In this document: piece after piece, positions 61,414 to 64,000 of the stretch
Layout: each line of letters starts with the position of its first letter
Position numbering within the stretch: the stretch's first letter is position 1
Assembly: GCA_963718525.1 (NCBI GenBank)
Contig: OY970355.1
Location: 2,368,001 to 2,432,000 of the forward strand
From: Candidatus Dormiibacterota bacterium
GTDB lineage: Bacteria; Chloroflexota; Dormibacteria; Aeolococcales; Aeolococcaceae
Reading direction: 5' to 3'
DNA: 64,000 nt
Made by a program: the position numbers and the translations under genes
The notes under the pieces: model-generated
Told to the model about the DNA's origin: nothing
Seen by the model: only the letters and a program-made list of their open reading frames with translations
Database searches by the model: none

Positions 61414-63882
61414 CTAGGCCGTCCGCGGAGCGACCCGTCTCCTGCCCGCAGGTGGCGTGACCGTCTCGGTGCCACGAGCCTTCTCCCACGCCACCAGGAG
61501 CGTGCTGGCATTGAAGATCGAGCTGTACGTACCGGTGACGATGCCGATCAGCAGCGCGAGCACGAACCCGCGGATCGAGTCGCCGCCGAAGATGACCAGG
61601 GACAGCAGCACGAAGACCACGGTGAGCGACGTATTGAGCGAGCGCGTCATCGTCTGCACTGTCGAGAGATTGATCACCTGGTCGAAGGTCAGCCGCGGTC
61701 CGACGCGGAGGTTCTCACGCACGCGGTCGAAGACCACGATGGTGTCGTGGATCGAGAACGCCACCGACGTCAGGATCGCGGTGACGAAGAGCGAGTCGAC
61801 CTGACCCAAGTTCGAGAAATGTCCGAGGATCGCCCAGATTCCGGCCAGCACGAACACGTCGTGGAGCAGTTTGAAGAATGCGCAGGCGCTGAAGCGCCAC
61901 GGCGAGATCGCTCGTTGACGGCGGAACGCGAAGGCCAGGTAGACGGCGATCGCCCCCGCCGAGACGAGGATCATGATGATCGCGCCGGTCACGAGGCTCG
62001 CGGCGATCGTGGGCCCGACCTGCTGCACGCTGATGTCCGGCGCCCCGTTCTTGGTGGTGATGGTGAAGTTGCTGTTCAGCGTGTTCTGAATCTGCAGAAT
62101 CTGCTCACTGTCAGAAGGCAGGGTGCTGATGGCGAAGTGGCTCTTCTCGTTGCCCGTGTTGCTCTCCTGCTGCACCTGCGCGCGCAGGCTGGCGAACTGC
62201 TTGTCCATGACCGCCGTGACCTGAGCCTGGGTCACCGATTTTGCAAATCCGACGTCGATGACATTGCCACCCTTGAAGTCGATCCCCAGGTTGAATCCCC
62301 AGAAGAGGATCGCCAGGATGCCGGGGATGATGACCGCGAGCGATCCCGCGAAGAACCAGTTGCGGTTCTTGACGATGTCGAAGCGTCCCCGGGGCGGATG
62401 GTCCGCGAATTCCTCGTGGATCTCGGTGTAGAGACGGGGCTCGCGCCCGATCCTCCACGTCAGCACCCACGCGAACAGTGACCGCGTGATCGTGATCGCG
62501 GTGAAGAACGAGACGATGACGCCGATCGCCAGCGTGATGGCGAAGCCTTTGATCACGTCGGTGCCGAAGAACGCAAGGATTGCGCAGGTGATCAGGGTGG
62601 AGATGTTGCTGTCACGAATGGCAGGGAATGCGCGGCGAAAGCCGGTCTCCACGGCCAGGGGCACGCTGCGTCCGTGACGCAACTCGTCACGGGTGCGTTC
62701 GAATATCAGCACGTTGGCGTCGACCGCCATGCCCACGCTCAGGACGAAGCCCGCCAGTCCCGCGAGCGACAGGGTGACCGGGATGAGCTTGAACAGCGCC
62801 AGGACGATCGCGGCATACACGATGAGCGCGACCGTGGCCAGGACGCCCGGGAATCGGTAGTAGCCGATCATGAAGATGACCACGATCAGCAGTCCGATCC
62901 CACCGGCGATCAACGAGAGGGTCACCGACTGCTGGCCGAGCGACGCGCTGACGGTGGTGCTGGCCACGGTCGTGATCTCCGCCGGCAGCGCACCCGCGCT
63001 GATCAGGTTGGCGAGGGTGGTGGCCGAGTCCGATGTGAAATTGCCGGTGATCTCGGTCTGGTTGCTCTGCCCCCCGCCGGTCACCACGGGCGCCGTCAGG
63101 ACCTGATTGTCCAGGAAGATCGCGATCTGCGCCGTCGGAGGCGGATTGGTGGTGTTGCTCGAGTACGCGTTGAACGCGGCGGTCGTGATCTTCGACCACT
63201 CGCTCGCGCCTGCAGCGTTGAAGTTGATGTCGACCGCGATTGCTCCGCTGGTCGCATCGGTGCCCACGGAGGCGGAGTTGACGTCCTTGGCCTCGAGATT
63301 GTTGTCGATCTTCCAGTGGTATCCGGTCGGGTAGTACAGCGTGTCCGGGAACTGATTGACGTCGTACAGGCCCTGCTGATCTGCGATCAGTGCTGAGCTC
63401 GGGGGATTCGTCGCGGCGCCCGGTACCGCTGTGGCGAAATACAGCTTGGACGTCGTCCCGATGGTGTCGATCGCCTGCTTGAGGCTCACGCCGGGGAGCT
63501 GCACCAGGATCTGGTCATTTCCCTGCGCCTGAACGCTCGCCTCGGAGACGCCGAGTGAGTTCACGCGCAGATCGAGGATCGGAATGGTCGCCTGCTGTGC
63601 CTGGGCGAGCGTGGCTCCGGGCGGAGGGCCGCTCCGGCAGTCGGCGTTGGGGTTGTTGGGCCCGTGGCAGATCTCGATGGTCAGCTCGGTGCCGCCCTGA
63701 AGATCGAGGCCCTTGTGGATGTACAGCTGCCGGCCGAGGAACGTTGGCGCGGAGGTCAGGGTCGTGCCGAGCGGCTGGTGAACGACCAGGTAGCGGTAGA
63801 TCAGGCTGTAGCCGTCGATGAAGAAGGCACCCACCACCACGAGCAGGACGACAGCCAGGCGAAAACGCGTGATCCTGAACAC
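61414..63882 (-). CDS. secDF: fused protein translocase subunit SecDF
   Basis: GLDLQGG, GMAVDANVLIFER (SecD) and GIDFKGG, DTIVVFDRVRE (SecF) in one ORF. Confidence 0.95.
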   Translation of the reverse strand: MFRITRFRLAVVLLVVVGAFFIDGYSLIYRYLVVHQPLGTTLTSAPTFLGRQLYIHKGLDLQGGTELTIEICHGPNNPNADCRSGPPPGATLAQAQQATIPILDLRVNSLGVSEASVQAQGNDQILVQLPGVSLKQAIDTIGTTSKLYFATAVPGAATNPPSSALIADQQGLYDVNQFPDTLYYPTGYHWKIDNNLEAKDVNSASVGTDATSGAIAVDINFNAAGASEWSKITTAAFNAYSSNTTNPPPTAQIAIFLDNQVLTAPVVTGGGQSNQTEITGNFTSDSATTLANLISAGALPAEITTVASTTVSASLGQQSVTLSLIAGGIGLLIVVIFMIGYYRFPGVLATVALIVYAAIVLALFKLIPVTLSLAGLAGFVLSVGMAVDANVLIFERTRDELRHGRSVPLAVETGFRRAFPAIRDSNISTLITCAILAFFGTDVIKGFAITLAIGVIVSFFTAITITRSLFAWVLTWRIGREPRLYTEIHEEFADHPPRGRFDIVKNRNWFFAGSLAVIIPGILAILFWGFNLGIDFKGGNVIDVGFAKSVTQAQVTAVMDKQFASLRAQVQQESNTGNEKSHFAISTLPSDSEQILQIQNTLNSNFTITTKNGAPDISVQQVGPTIAASLVTGAIIMILVSAGAIAVYLAFAFRRQRAISPWRFSACAFFKLLHDVFVLAGIWAILGHFSNLGQVDSLFVTAILTSVAFSIHDTIVVFDRVRENLRVGPRLTFDQVINLSTVQTMTRSLNTSLTVVFVLLSLVIFGGDSIRGFVLALLIGIVTGTYSSIFNASTLLVAWEKARGTETVTPPAGRRRVAPRTA

Positions 63883-64000
63883 CTGTGCCCCAGTCTACCG
63901 GGGCGCCGAGCGGAGCCGGCCATCGCGATCTGCCCGAAAGGCTGCGAACCGTCCCTCGCGGATAGCCGACCTGGCGCCGTCCATGAGCCGTGCCAGGTGG

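Overview
High-GC (about 70% by eye) bacterial chromosomal window. The presence of mutS/mutL, rny, spoVS, rnj and a DUF929 gene suggests a Terrabacteria lineage such as Dormibacterota/Chloroflexota (inference only). The left 28.5 kb is mostly + strand accessory and metabolic genes: WS/DGAT, MBL-rhodanese, CocE, YdbST-like, pyrF, HDAC-like, proC, a 9-kb cluster of four ATP-grasp genes with a YbdK-like ligase, a peptidase-like gene and two esterases, DsbB/DUF929, GH25 muramidase, AT3 acyltransferase, ANT-like nucleotidyltransferase and a Xer-like recombinase. The right 35 kb is an almost continuous - strand housekeeping block: secDF, rimP-nusA-ylxR-infB-rbfA-nrnA-truB-ribF-rpsO-pnp, asd, udg, rnj, ftsK, yajQ, cinA, recA-recX, rny-spoVS-miaB-mutS-mutL-miaA-lexA. 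Main observations: (1) a quasi-palindromic dif-like site at 25384-25413 whose left arm recurs exactly upstream of the Xer-like gene, where gene orientation and KOPS-like octamers converge, suggesting a single-recombinase terminus system; (2) the uncharacterised multi-ATP-grasp ligase/esterase cluster; (3) all three frameshifts and several conserved-residue substitutions fall on one motif, GAGTC, which points to motif-specific sequencing error and possibly DNA modification; (4) probable non-AUG starts for infB (AUA) and rny (AUC); (5) LexA boxes sharing GAACATCCGT. No rRNA, tRNA, CRISPR or IS element was recognised.
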